The notes below the pieces were generated by a model, which saw only the letters and a list, made by a program, of their open reading frames with translations, was not told the DNA's origin and did not search any database. 64,000 nucleotides of DNA from Schmidtea polychroa (taxonomy: Eukaryota). The stretch lies in assembly GCA_044892525.1 (NCBI GenBank), contig CM097885.1, forward strand, positions 45,200,001 through 45,264,000. The letters run 5' to 3'. Positions 11,721 through 23,549 of the stretch are shown here, in pieces. The translations under genes and the position numbers were made by a program. Positions within the stretch are counted from its first letter, which is position 1, and every line of letters starts with the position of its first letter.

Positions 11721-12440
11721 GCTCGATCGTCATGGTTTTCTTCACGAGCTCATCGAAATTAGAAAAATCCACATAATATAGGGCCTTTTTGATTTCGGAG
11801 TGGACTCCGGTTATAAACTGATCTTCTAACAACTCTTTAACCTGCTTGGCCATATCTACTTGATCTGGTTTAACTTCAAAGGCTTTTTCTGCTAAAGTGG
11901 TCAGATGATAAGCAAACTCACTGACCGATTCATCTGAACCTTGAACTTGATTATAGAATTTCTGTCTCATTATTTTTTGATATCTCCACCCACCAGTTTC
12001 AGTGCCATTGCATCTTTCAATTTGATCCAATCGTTACCTACGTTTCGTTTATCTACTTGTTGCCAGGCTTCTCTTGCTGCACCCTTCAAATAGAGTGGGA
12101 ATCTCTGAACCATAATGGCTTGTGTCCATCCGTATGCTGAGGCATACATATAATCTCCCATGTAATCCGCGAATTCAACAGGGTCTCCTCCATATTGATT
12201 GACGGGTAATTTTTGGCAATTTGCGAAATCAATCATCTCTCTATTGAGAGACATAACAGTATTATCATTTGCCATTTGGACTTGTTTTTGACTTCTGAGG
12301 TTGTATTGATTCACTTTGAAATAAACTTCAAACGTAAAACAATAATTTAAAATTTACTTTTCAAATTCCTTTAAATCTTCCAATAATAGCCTTTAAAATC
12401 GATCTCGTCAGAACTATTTTCCAAAAATTTCCACTACTTT

Positions 12441-12613
12441 CAATAATTCTCAGCCGACTTTCAATCACGTCTGTACTTTGTTCCAAATATTTTTGCAATA
12501 ACTCTCATTAATTCTCTGCCGACTTTCAATCACGTCTTTACTATTTTTTAATAATTTTTCCCACTAATTTTCAATAATTCTCCGCCGATTTTCGAATCAC
12601 GTCAGGCTCACCA
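12441..12613 (-). promoter_or_regulatory. tRNA-Trp-like primer-binding site (12591-12613) with three ~65-bp-spaced repeats in the leader
   Basis: The plus strand reads TTCGAATCACGTCAGGCTCACCA, resembling a eukaryotic tRNA-Trp 3' end. The unit aattctc.gccga.tttc(g)aatcacgtc occurs near 12445, 12510 and 12576. Confidence 0.7.
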
Positions 12614-12620
12614 GAATATA

Positions 12621-13344
12621 TGTTGGGTTTTAGTTAATTTAAGTCGGTTACCTCTGACCCCTCGTGTCCTTTAAATCAAAAGAATAACGACCCAATGTAT
12701 ATTGAAATAACAAAATCCACAATCTTTTCTCACCACTTTACAATTAATAATCAAAGTTACGTTTGACCGATTCTCCGCTCGGTGTTGATGCTTTGATAAA
12801 GATAATATTCACATATTATTCTCTTAGGTTCTGTCGACCAACGTTTTCCTTTTGTTTCTTTGATTTGATCCTTTGTCCCTCTTTATTTTTATTCTATCTC
12901 TTCTTTTTCCCTAATCTCCTAAATTCGTTTTTGCCTAGTCCTAAGCTCGAGTTTTTCTCACCCTACCTGAGGCAAAATGCCGATTTTCTCTTATTTTCCC
13001 TTTCCTTATATACTCCTCGAAATCGGGATGACAAATGGTTATTGCCGAGCCAATCTTTCACTTGAAATTTGCTTCCACGTATCTGATTCGGCTGTCACCC
13101 ATAATGATCCAACGAACAAAGATAATTAATGGCCCGTCCGGCCTTTCTACACGCACTATCTTCTCCTGGCTCTTTTCCAATTAATCATTGTGTCAATCTA
13201 ATGGGCCCAAATCTTCCTTCTGTTTTCTTTTCTTGTTTACCCAGCTCAGGCTTCCTTCATCTCTCGGGTTCTCCATTGGCTCGGGTTTTCTATTAGCCAA
13301 TTAATTAATTAATTTAAATTTATTTTAATTTACGGACCTCAACA
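12621..13344 (-). repeat. 5' LTR (724 bp, TG...CA)
   Basis: TGTTG...CAACA ends, adjacent PBS, and homology to 18780-19759 and 48008-48628. Confidence 0.85.
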
Positions 13345-14211
13345 GTATATAAAATGGTTAATGAAGAAAGATTAGCTCTTTTAAAATAAATACATGTTGA
13401 ACAAGACAAGTATAACAAAAAAGATTTGGCTCAACATTGTGAATCTATTATTTTAAATGAATTAATGAACAACAACAACCAACTCTTAAAGCTTTGAATG
13501 AATTAAAACCCAAAGAATTAGAATCTGAAGATTTAGAACAATTGGACTAATTGGAGCAATTGGAATCCTGGGATTTGGAACCTGAAGATTTAGAAATAAA
13601 TTCAAAACCATACAAAGTTGATACAACAATTAATAATTGTTTGCCTGCAACAATTAAACCAACTTTTTCTATTGATAAAGGACATCAAATTATAACAATT
13701 AATAATGAAAGATTTGTGTTGTATGAAAATAATAATGGCGAACCACATATCCATTCTGAAAATAGTTTCAAGAGTCAACGTTTAGACGTAGAATACACAA
13801 AAGATTTGGATAAATTAATTAAAGGATATTCTTCAGATGACAAAAATGAAATTAAACAATATTTACATTTAATAAAATTAGTAGGAGGTAGTTCAAAAGC
13901 AAAATATATACCGAATTTAAATCATTATTTAAATCAAAATGAAATGGGTTATGTTGTTAAAGAAGGAAAAGGAATGGATTATATTAATGGAAAAGATTTT
14001 ATTAATCTTTTTATTCAACTAAAAAATTATTAGCAGCAAAGAAAGCAGGTCATAATAATTTGAATGGTGATATTTTAAAGATATCTAAAATACTATTAAA
14101 ATATGGAATAATTTCACAAGATAAATTTAATAAATATAATAAATAAATTTAATATATTTAATAAATATACACTTTAAGTTTTTAAAATTTTTCCAAAATT
14201 TTAAAAACTAA

Positions 14212-14600
14212 ATGAGCGAGTATTCAATATTGGATTTTTTAAAAACATTTGGAATTGATACAATAACAAATTTTGATTTAAGACTGGAAATTATTTAAAT
14301 TTACCAATTAAAATATTAATGAATGATGAATTGCACAAGATTGGAAAAACAAAGAAAAATAATATAATAATCAATTATCAAAACTCGGATAAAAAAGGAT
14401 CTCATTGGGTTGCAGTTTATAATAAAACTCTATATTTTGATTCATATGGAATTAAACCTACAAAAGAAGTTGAAGAATATTTAGTTAGAAGAGAACACTT
14501 TGAATACTCTACAAGTTCAACCTGAGTTACTAAAATATGTGGAGTTTTGTGTTTATATATTTTGTATAAATTAAATCAAGTTATTCCTCAAATTATTCCT
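14212..14600 (+). pseudogene. Adenain-like cysteine protease
   Basis: INYQNSDKKGSHWVAVY...YFDSYG, then across a frameshift LQVQPELLKYV / KICGVLCLYILY. Confidence 0.8.
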
Positions 14601-14694
14601 CAAATTGAAGATGAATTTATAAATATGAATCAAGAAATCTATAATGATTTAGAAACTTGTCTTTAAAAATCTTTCCAAAAATTAATAGAATAAA

Positions 14695-15030
14695 ATGGAG
14701 TCAAGTTTAAAAATAATCGAGAATATAATGTCCACAAAATATTCCATAACTTTATCAGTTAATTCTGACAAGTCTGTTTTTACTATATATTTTGAAAACC
14801 CTATAAATTTAAAATCTGATTTAGATTATGAACTAAGGTTATTATGGTTTAGTTGTTACAACACAATTTTCAATATAAATAACAACAATAATAAGTTCAC
14901 TACAAAGAGTGAATCAGGACAAGTAAAAAATGTAACAATTGAACCAGGGGCATATGAAATAAAGGAATTGAATACTTTAATTTCTAAAGAAACAAGTGGA
15001 AATTTCGAAATTAAAATAGACTTACCAAGG
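14695..15030 (+). pseudogene. Polinton minor capsid (penton-like) protein, N-terminal part
   Basis: F..PINL...YELRL.WFSCYNTIFNINNNNNKF...IEPGAYEIKELN is typical of Polinton minor capsid proteins. The gene is truncated. Confidence 0.7.
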
Positions 15031-15189
15031 AGGATAATTTGCTATTATTTTAGAATTTATTTTAGTCAAAAATTAAAAAAAAGGCCTATTCAATATTTCT
15101 TAATCAAATACCACTCACAGCTTGTTATGTAATAAAATAGTTTAAAATAATTTAAATTATATATCCTCATCCCTTATATTCCCCCCTAT

Positions 15190-15300
15190 TCTCGATTTTC
15201 CATTAATTAATCACTAATATCCCCCCGATTTTCCACAATTTAATCACTTATATCCCCCGGATTTTCCACAATTTAATCACTTATATCCACCCGATTTTCC
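15190..15300. repeat. 33-bp tandem repeat, ~3 copies
   Basis: Unit ttaatcacttatatcccccgattttccacaat. Confidence 0.85.
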
Positions 15301-16526
15301 TGAGAATAATAATGTTAATTTTATCAAAGTTTAAAGAATATTTCTCTTTTCATTTTTATCCTACAATTGCTTACCACTTTAGATTAAGATTTTTTATCAA
15401 AATTTATGATAATTTGACTAATTCAATGATAAATTTGAATGAGTTAATTCGTTTTATTATATATATACTCTGAGTTTATCCGACAGGATGTTTTGACCCT
15501 TAAAGGTATTGGTCATAAGGGTACTACTCACATTCAACATGTCGCAAGGGTACTGATCATAAAGGTACTGTTATTTGATTTATAATGCTTTAATTTGAAT
15601 GATTATTTGGCAAATTTGTTGTTTAAGCCTTAAATAAGGCATTCATTGATAATTTTTAGAGTTGATGGTTTTAGTAAATATTCAGGTAAATTTCTATCAT
15701 TTTTGTGAATTTCCATCAATTTTATAATTTTCTAATATTTTTGCGGATTTCTATCATTTTTGTGAATTTTTATCGTTTGTTTGTGGATTTTTATCATTTT
15801 TGCAAATTTCATGTTTATTGAATGAATATTTAATAATTTAAAGTTTTAATGCTAATTTATATGCCAAACATTTTTGAAAAATTATTTCTATATGTCCTCA
15901 TTATCCCAAATTCAATGTAATATGTGTGTTCCAGTAGTTTATGGTATTATGTGAATGTTGTTAAGTTGGTAGTACAGTACTTGTAGTGTATCAATAGGTT
16001 CATGTTCAGTTCCTATAACAAAAAAAACAGAACACTAAAAATTTAATCATTTCGTGAAGAAATAAAATTCAGTGTTGAAAGGGTTAATATTACTAATAGA
16101 AATCGCTATATAGTGTATATATAAATGTACATTTTAAAAAAACTGAAAAATCATAAACTCCTGATAACCAAATTAGTCACACTCGTTATTCGATCGCTGG
16201 CCTAAATACCAAATTAATGTTTCTAAAATTATAAAAATGGGATTGTGAAGTTTTTGGTGTAACCATTCTCAAGCTATATAATGACAAGTACTATTGTAGG
16301 TCTTGAAGGTATGTAATTGGTATTTGTATGACGTGCGATGTTATGTTATAAGAAGCTTGAAGAGCCCGATAGAGTCATCGTTAAAAAAATGTGGCGGGAC
16401 AATCGGGGTGCGTAAAAATTGGTAAAAATTTGTGAAGACCAAGAGGCAAAAAAATGATATTAAAATAATATAGATTAAACAAACTATCTAACGATTGCAA
16501 CTTTTATTAAAAAAAATATAAGAACC

Positions 16527-16758
16527 TTGAAGATGTCGAGAACAATTTTCTAATTATTTCTGCCAAGGATCGGGGAAGAATAGATTTGTAGTTTATTACA
16601 GTTAACTTGAATACTTGAAGATGTTGAGAACAATTTTTTAATTATTTCTGCCAAGGATCGGGGAAGAATAGATTTGTGGTTTATTACAGTTCCCATGAAT
16701 ACTTGAAGATGTTGAGAACTATTTTCTAATTATTTCATCCAAGGATCGGGGAAGAATA
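16527..16758. repeat. 88-bp tandem repeat, ~2.6 copies
   Basis: ttgaagatgt.gagaac...ccaaggatcggggaagaata starts at 16527, 16615 and 16703. Confidence 0.92.
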
Positions 16759-18779
16759 AATTCTATTTAAAAATTTTTTTTTCGATTTTTTCTTCAGAGA
16801 TTCGTATGAATCTAGAATATAAATTTTAAACATATCGAACCTAGAAAGTGGCTGCTACTCTTCGTTGTTCGATGTATGATTATCGGTAGTGTTTGTGTAG
16901 ATCTGGAATGAAATATGATCATAAAAATTTCACGAAATAATCATTACTTGTCATATAAGAGTCGGTATGCTTCCACATTCGAAATCCAGGGGTGAACTAC
17001 TCAACCCGTTTTCTCCTGTTTTGTCGGGGCCGATAATCATACAAACAGTGTTATCATCATTTTAGCTCAAAATTTTATTTAATTTACTAGCTATTTCTTG
17101 TACTAAGCATTACAAGGTTTATACTTTATTTATCAATATTAACAGAAAAACTTAAGAAAAATTTTAATTAATATAAAATTGTTGTAATTGAAATTTCATT
17201 TGAAGTAATAAAACATCAGGAATTAGACTAAGTATTTTTAAAATATTTTGGAATCGTGGCGATTTAGCGGCCAGTAGTACATTTGTGTTTAATTAAATTT
17301 CCACTATCGGTCTGACAAAGGATTGAGACGTTTAAAAAATCTGAAAATGATGATATTTAAAGCGGGAATATATAATTTAGAGATGTCGCAATCCAGTAAT
17401 CACAACGAAGAGGATCAGTACTACGAGACTATCACTCGCCTCCAGACCAGATAATTATGGTTCAAAATCCATGAATCGAATCGGGGTCAAGACTTTGACA
17501 ATTGGGGTCCCGTGATTCGCAGTTGGTCGGAACCCTATGCCCCGGCATGGGTCAAGACCGAGCCGGACAACAGTTGGCTAGTAGAGGCTCGAGATCAAGC
17601 CATCGGTGCAATAACAACAGCACATTATAAGCTCCGGTTGATCCAAGCGGACGAAGTTGGCAAGCCTATCGAAGAGGCCGAAAAATAGCCAATTTTGGGT
17701 TACACTGGAAACAGCACGAAGTAGTAAGATGTTTGACTACCTGTAACCCACCACAACAAAGCCTGAAAGGTAATAATAAACCAAGTAAAACTTTCAAAAT
17801 ATCTTTATTATTAAATTAAGTTGGATCCAAAGTCCAATTTCTTATAAGTATTTCACCTACGAAGATTTTCGTCTTAAAAATAAGAACGGGATAGTAAGGC
17901 AGTAAATATTAAAACTTCTGTGTCGGGGATAATACAGTCGAATTGATTTATTTGACACACAGTATCATTATTAAATTGTCTTAAATAAATAATAATTGTA
18001 ATAGTAAGAAAAAAATAAATATATAAATACGATTACTCCCTGTTTGATCTGAATAATTGGGGAAGTATCCTGATGGCACGTACTTATATGAAAATAAATT
18101 CCGTTAAAGCCCAACATATAGAGTCATTTATTTTTCACCAGTTGACATTCATAATATTTCCTTATAATCGTTGGTCAAAAGCAATATCATTTTATCAAAA
18201 ATATTTTTTTCCGACGATTAAGTTTTTGATGATTTATAACTTAATTATTGTCTCATGAAAATATACTGATGACACTAAGTTATGTTTTTAATTAAATGCA
18301 ATTATTACAGATATTTTTGCTAAATGCTGCTAATATTTCATTTACCCCGGAAAATAAAAATTCTAATTTAGCTATTTATGAATCTTTTCTTAAAACATTA
18401 ACTTAAATTTCATAATTCTAGGTTAAATTAAGTAAAAATTAAATGTGTAACCTGTTGCTTAACGATATAAATCCCTAGGCTTCATCTTTAGCTCTAAATA
18501 CAAATGGAAAGATGAGACTTTAATATTATTAGTTTCTACAGCATAACAAAAGTAATAATAATAATAAAATCACATTCAAAATATTGTGACATGAGTTTAC
18601 AGAATTTATTCTGTCGGAGCATTGTTTGATTTTAACAGTAAAAGGATGTTAAATAAATAAAATCTTATATAAAAATATTTTAAAAATTTTCGTAGAGGTC
18701 TATTATCACATTTGCCCAATAAAAAAAAATCACATCAAAATATATTTCGAGGACGAAAAATTTCTTAAAGGGGGAGATA

Positions 18780-19759
18780 TGTTGAGGTCAGTAAATTAAA
18801 ATAAATTTAAATAAATTTAGTTTGAAAATTTAAATAAAAAGTAGATGAATGAAAAAGACAAATAAAAGCTTGATCATGCAAAGAATTGATAGTAAAGGAA
18901 TGTATGATGAAAGCAGTATTAGGAAATGACAAAGGCAGTTATAAAAGGCAAGAATTCGGAAATCCGAAAAAAATCATTAAATTGTAAAGTTATCAAAATT
19001 GAATTGGGAAAACGGGACAGATATAGATTAGCTAATGGTCAACAAGATGATGATTAGGGATTTATCAGAAAATGGTTATAAAAGGTCGAAAAGCACTGGA
19101 ATGTGTTAAAATAGAAAATCGTTAATAAATTAATTAATTGGCTAATAGAGATCGATTAACATGAAAACTAAACAAAATGAGAATCTTGGAAGGCCATGAC
19201 AGCATGATTAATGGAGACAAACAAATTTAGGACTATTACGAAGGAATAGAAAATTAATCATGATATGGTGCAAACAACGTTCAAGGAGCCGGTTGTCAAA
19301 CCATTGTCAGATAGGAGCAATCAGGTCAAAAACCGATTAATCAAAGTGATTATGCTAGTATATAAGCAAAGTCGAAATTCAAAATAATCGGCATTGTGTC
19401 TCAGTTAGGGTTTGAAGATAACGAGAATAGGCAAACGATAAAGACGAATTAAGGAGATTAGGGAAAAAGGAAATATAGAATAGGAGATACGAAAGAGTGA
19501 AAAGGAATTAAATCAAATCAGATACAAAAAAGGAACACGTTGGTCAAGAGAAGCTAAGGAATAAAAAGGTGAATATTATCTTTTGACAAAGCATCAACAC
19601 CAAGCGGAGAATCGGTCAAACGTGAACTATGGTTATTGATTATTTATTGTGGAGAGAACTATAATCTTTGATTCAAATATACGTTGGGTAGTTTATTGTT
19701 TTGATAAAAAGGATACGAAGAGTCAGACGTTACCGACTTAAATTAGCTAAAACCCAACA
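18780..19759 (+). repeat. 3' LTR (980 bp) of the same family as 12621-13344, in the opposite orientation
   Basis: A polypurine tract AAAGGGGGAGA precedes TGTTGAGGTC, and the LTR ends AAAACCCAACA. It shares blocks such as gcatcaacacc.agcggagaatcggtcaaacgt. Confidence 0.85.
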
Positions 19760-19956
19760 ATACTATTTCGATGGAATTTAACAATATCAGATCTAATGGT
19801 CCTAATACATTTTCCAATCTACCGAACTCGGTGAGTTTCGACCTGTCAGATCATAGAATTAGACTTATTGATGGTATGAGTTTTGAAAATCTAACAAATT
19901 TGCGTTCATTGTATTTAAATGATAATATTTTAATAAATCTTTGTAAAATATTTTAA
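19760..19956 (+). pseudogene. Leucine-rich-repeat gene fragment
   Basis: FSNLPNS..FDLSDHRIRLI...SFENLTNLRSLYLNDN fits the typical extracellular LRR consensus. Confidence 0.75.
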
Positions 19957-22599
19957 TATCTAGGTTAATAAATTTTATTTTATGTACTTTCGTTTTTTAT
20001 TTCAGTTATTTTTGTAAACGATTTTCTAATAAGGTATTTAATTCTTGCGTAACTTTTCGATCTGGTATGTTCATTATCTATACTATTGTTAGATTATCGT
20101 TGTTGATTCATGCAGTTATGGTCCTCCTTACTAAATGTTTTCTAATATTATCTTCCAACATTTTGCGGAGGGATCCACCTTTATTTTCAAGTTAATAAAT
20201 GTTGATTTATATTTTTTATAATGCTTGTTGATGCTTGACCTATTCTTCAAAAGAATTTGAGCAAAGATCTGCCTATATTTCTAATTCTTATCTAATTGAC
20301 ATTCTAACCACTCGTGTATTCCATAATATCACCAAAATCGAACCTTCTTTGTTCACAACCGACCTCATTTTCCTTATTACCACTCCTGACCCAATAAAAT
20401 TCATAAAAATAACAGTGACGGACCAGGCAGATCCATTCAACTGCAAAAGGTGGAAACTCATTGAAGACGATCAGATGCGAATACGTAAGTATCTGCTTGT
20501 TGGGTGTGTATACGCGTCTCATACTACTGTATACACAATAAAATCAAATAAAACAATATTCCTTACATCGTTACTAAAATCTTATCGTAACACGGACGAA
20601 TCCAATTTTAAAACCTTAATTATCAAACTACTCATAAACATTACTTAGAAATAAAAGCTAAAAAGAACAACAATAACACAATTTAACCAAAATGTAACCA
20701 GTGGGCCTAATGAATATAAAGTTTTAATAAATCATAACATTACATAAAATTTTGTTTTACATAAAATTACCAAATCCAAACTTACCACGATGGCATGAAT
20801 CGAAAACTGAGAGAGTTGATCGCAAGTTTTCTTAAATGTCAAAAATAAATGAATTTGTCACTGTCGGAAAACCAGTTGTTCGGCTGAATTTGCAATCAGT
20901 ATTTATACGTATTTTAAGTGTGCATCCATGCATTCTCTGCCACTAGATTCAATCAGAATGCAGTAAAATTTGAATTACTTTTGCATGCATGCATAGTGTG
21001 TGTAATTATTTTTTATTAAATTTAATTGATTTAATTAATTAATTAATTTAATTTTTATTAAATTCAACAATTTAATTTTGTTTATTTTATAATGCAAATA
21101 ATTTTAGCTAATTTTATTTTAATTTTCCTTAATTTACCATTTAATTCTAAAACCATTTAATTCTATATTATAATTTACATTGAGTCAAATTGAGTCGATC
21201 TAAATTATATATGGATCGCGATTAGGTGTATCTGTATCATGTACCACTTTAAGCGATGGATCATTCGGCACACACGTCGATGAAAAAAATACTTGAACAA
21301 AATACTTGAATTAATGTAAAATGCACAACGTTCTGATCATTCACACTTTGAACGCAAATGGCAGCTTTTGGTTAACCAATAGCCACGTCTGTCTGAGGGT
21401 CGCGTTATATTTATCATTACGTTGTATAGTAATATTTTGAGAGGTTCACTTTTGGTATTATTCTATCGAGAGTACTTTTTAAAGATGATAGTGTACGCAA
21501 GTAGACCTTTATGGAAACAAGAAGTACTGGTTGATTTTCAATTTATTGTTAATAGGCCTAATTTTATTTTAATTTTTATTATTTTTTTCAGTTTACTGGA
21601 TATTTTAGTATCAATTTTAAATTTATATATTTAGAATATTTTCATATTATTAATTAATTTATTACCGATTATTTTATTTTTTAGTTTGTAGATTTTTCGA
21701 ATGCGACACTTTTCCTAACTGTATTGGTGATTGCAACTTCTTGCGTTCCTTGATTTTACTATACGTATTTTATTCATCTTCAATGTGTTGTGTACTTTTT
21801 TTGTATTATTTGGTGTATGATCATAAATTTTAATTCAACTTGGTGCGGTTTTTTTGTTATGTATTTCCGATCCATTAAAACAACTCTCAGTTCTCGGTTC
21901 TAGCCTTACACACTGTAGAATACAGACAAGTCAGAATCGTGACTTCATAGAATTAGAACTTCATTAGAACTCGAATCATTTTTACTTAACATTAGAACCT
22001 TGGTTCTCAAAACGTGTTCCGCGAAAAAATCAAATGTAGAATTTAATTAAAAATTGTTTGAAAATAAAAATCAATTTACACGTACCATTTGGCTTTGTAT
22101 GAATAAAAATATCTTTCGGGTTAAAATTACTTCTTACAAACATAAAATATTATTGCAGTTATCAAAATTCTACTTAATCTGATTGTAGATTAATTGTAGA
22201 TTCTACAAAGTCTAGAGTCGTTACGAATGCAATCAAAGGCCCTGTCTCAAGTCTACACCCAGCATGATCTGGGGGTCCAAATTCATGGGATCTCATCCAC
22301 AGTGAAGGTCCACCTAATTTCTACGCACCATCTAGCAAAAAGCGCAACCACTGCTCGATCGTAAGCCTATGGGGGTGTTCCATATTGATAGCATCTCCAT
22401 CAGCTCTAACAACCCCATCATCTAGTGCGTTGCCAAAACCAGTCATAGTGCACCTGTGTGCAGCAAGTCCTCTATCAAGGATGAGTCACCGAGTTTGCTG
22501 CTCTAAGTCTTCTTGCAAATCTCCTGCTAAAGTTCGATCGGCTTTTGTATTTCTCTTGACTGATTATTTCCAACAATGCCGTGCAAAGGCCATTGCTTA

Positions 22600-22730
22600 C
22601 AAGTTAATGAATAGATAAGAATTTATATTGAAATAAGGAAAAAACACTAGAATTGACATCAATATTTTTTAAATTAACCCACTTTCGTGATCTGATGGAT
22701 CTGAAATGTTGATAGCATACAGTGTTCTCG
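22600..22730 (-). repeat. Partial copy of the repeat at 31500-31745
   Basis: aagttaatgaatagataagaatttatattgaaataagg is the reverse complement of ~31706-31744. Confidence 0.75.
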
Positions 22731-23549
22731 TCAGTAGGTATTTAGTAGCCTCCTGCCGCAATGACCGCAATTCTCAGGTTCCATAGAGAGCTCCTTACTA
22801 TAGTCAGAAAACTCTACTTTTTAGTGATAATTCAGTTTTGTATTGAAATTCTCAGGACCAAGTAGAGCCCCTCACAATACTGAGAGAAATCTTGGCCTTT
22901 TTCTATAGGCCAGTAGTATGTAGTAAGGACTCCAGGACACTTTCAAGGTCATCCCAATGTCCAGATCAAATATAGGTCAATCGAATCATTTTATTTATTT
23001 ATTTTTTTTATTTATTTAATTACTTCTATTTATTTTTTTTTTAAATTTATTAATTAATTATTTTATTATGTTTTTTGTTTTAATTAATTACTTTAGTTAA
23101 TTTTCAATTTATTACATTTAATTAATTAATTATTTATTAATATTTTATTTACTTACGTTATTTAATTGATTTTTTTTTTAATTTTAATTTTTTTTTTATT
23201 TATTTATTTTTTTTTATTTATTATTATTATTATTTTTTTTTATTGTTATTATTTTACATTTACATTTAATATATTCTAACAAGAGTGTAAATTGTAACAA
23301 TAATATTTCAATTTGAATAAAATTTTAATTAGTAATTATCATAAAATAAAGCTGTGTTAATTTAAAATAAAATGGGCATTAATTTTTCAAAACAAAGCAA
23401 AGTTTTTCATGATAAATAATAATTCGTACTTAAAACTAATTATCTAAAATAATTGGACAAATGAATTTTTAAATGATAAAACATATTTTAATTAACGAAG
23501 TCAAATAATTCACAATATATATATTTTATTATTCACATAAATTTAATTG

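Larger units (their letters stand above)
10147..12314 (-). pseudogene. gag: Retrotransposon gag, frameshifted and split by hAT
   Basis: YNLRS, YGWT...FPLYLKGAAREAW and QGSDESVSEFAYHL...LLEDQFITGV. The frame resumes after the TSD (IELNLK...). Confidence 0.85.
4878..13344 (-). mobile_element. Degraded env-bearing Ty3/gypsy-type LTR retroelement (5' LTR, PBS, gag, accessory domains, env); pol and 3' LTR not found
   Basis: LTR, PBS, gag and env are co-oriented. That gag and the accessory/env block belong to one element is inferred from orientation and order. Confidence 0.6.
13345..15030 (+). mobile_element. Polinton/Maverick fragment C (unknown ORF, cysteine protease, minor capsid)
   Basis: Gene order and motifs of the two pseudogenes below, plus the unknown ORF 13551-14033. 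Confidence 0.75.

Noticed and set aside
12591..12613. tRNA gene
   Set aside because: Only a 3' fragment with encoded CCA next to an LTR, so it is a PBS.
15497..16087. piggyBac-like MITE (CCCTT...AAGGG|TTAA)
   Set aside because: The TIR match is only 5 bp and the left target reads TTGA.
16527..16758. Possible CRISPR-like array
   Set aside because: The whole 88-bp unit repeats with no unique spacers. The context is eukaryotic and there are no cas genes.
12621..19759. The two LTRs as one element
   Set aside because: They are in opposite orientations and differ in length. One has a PBS and the other a PPT, so they belong to separate insertions.
20235..20648. 137-aa ORF
   Set aside because: Non-ATG start, no motifs and no supporting structure.
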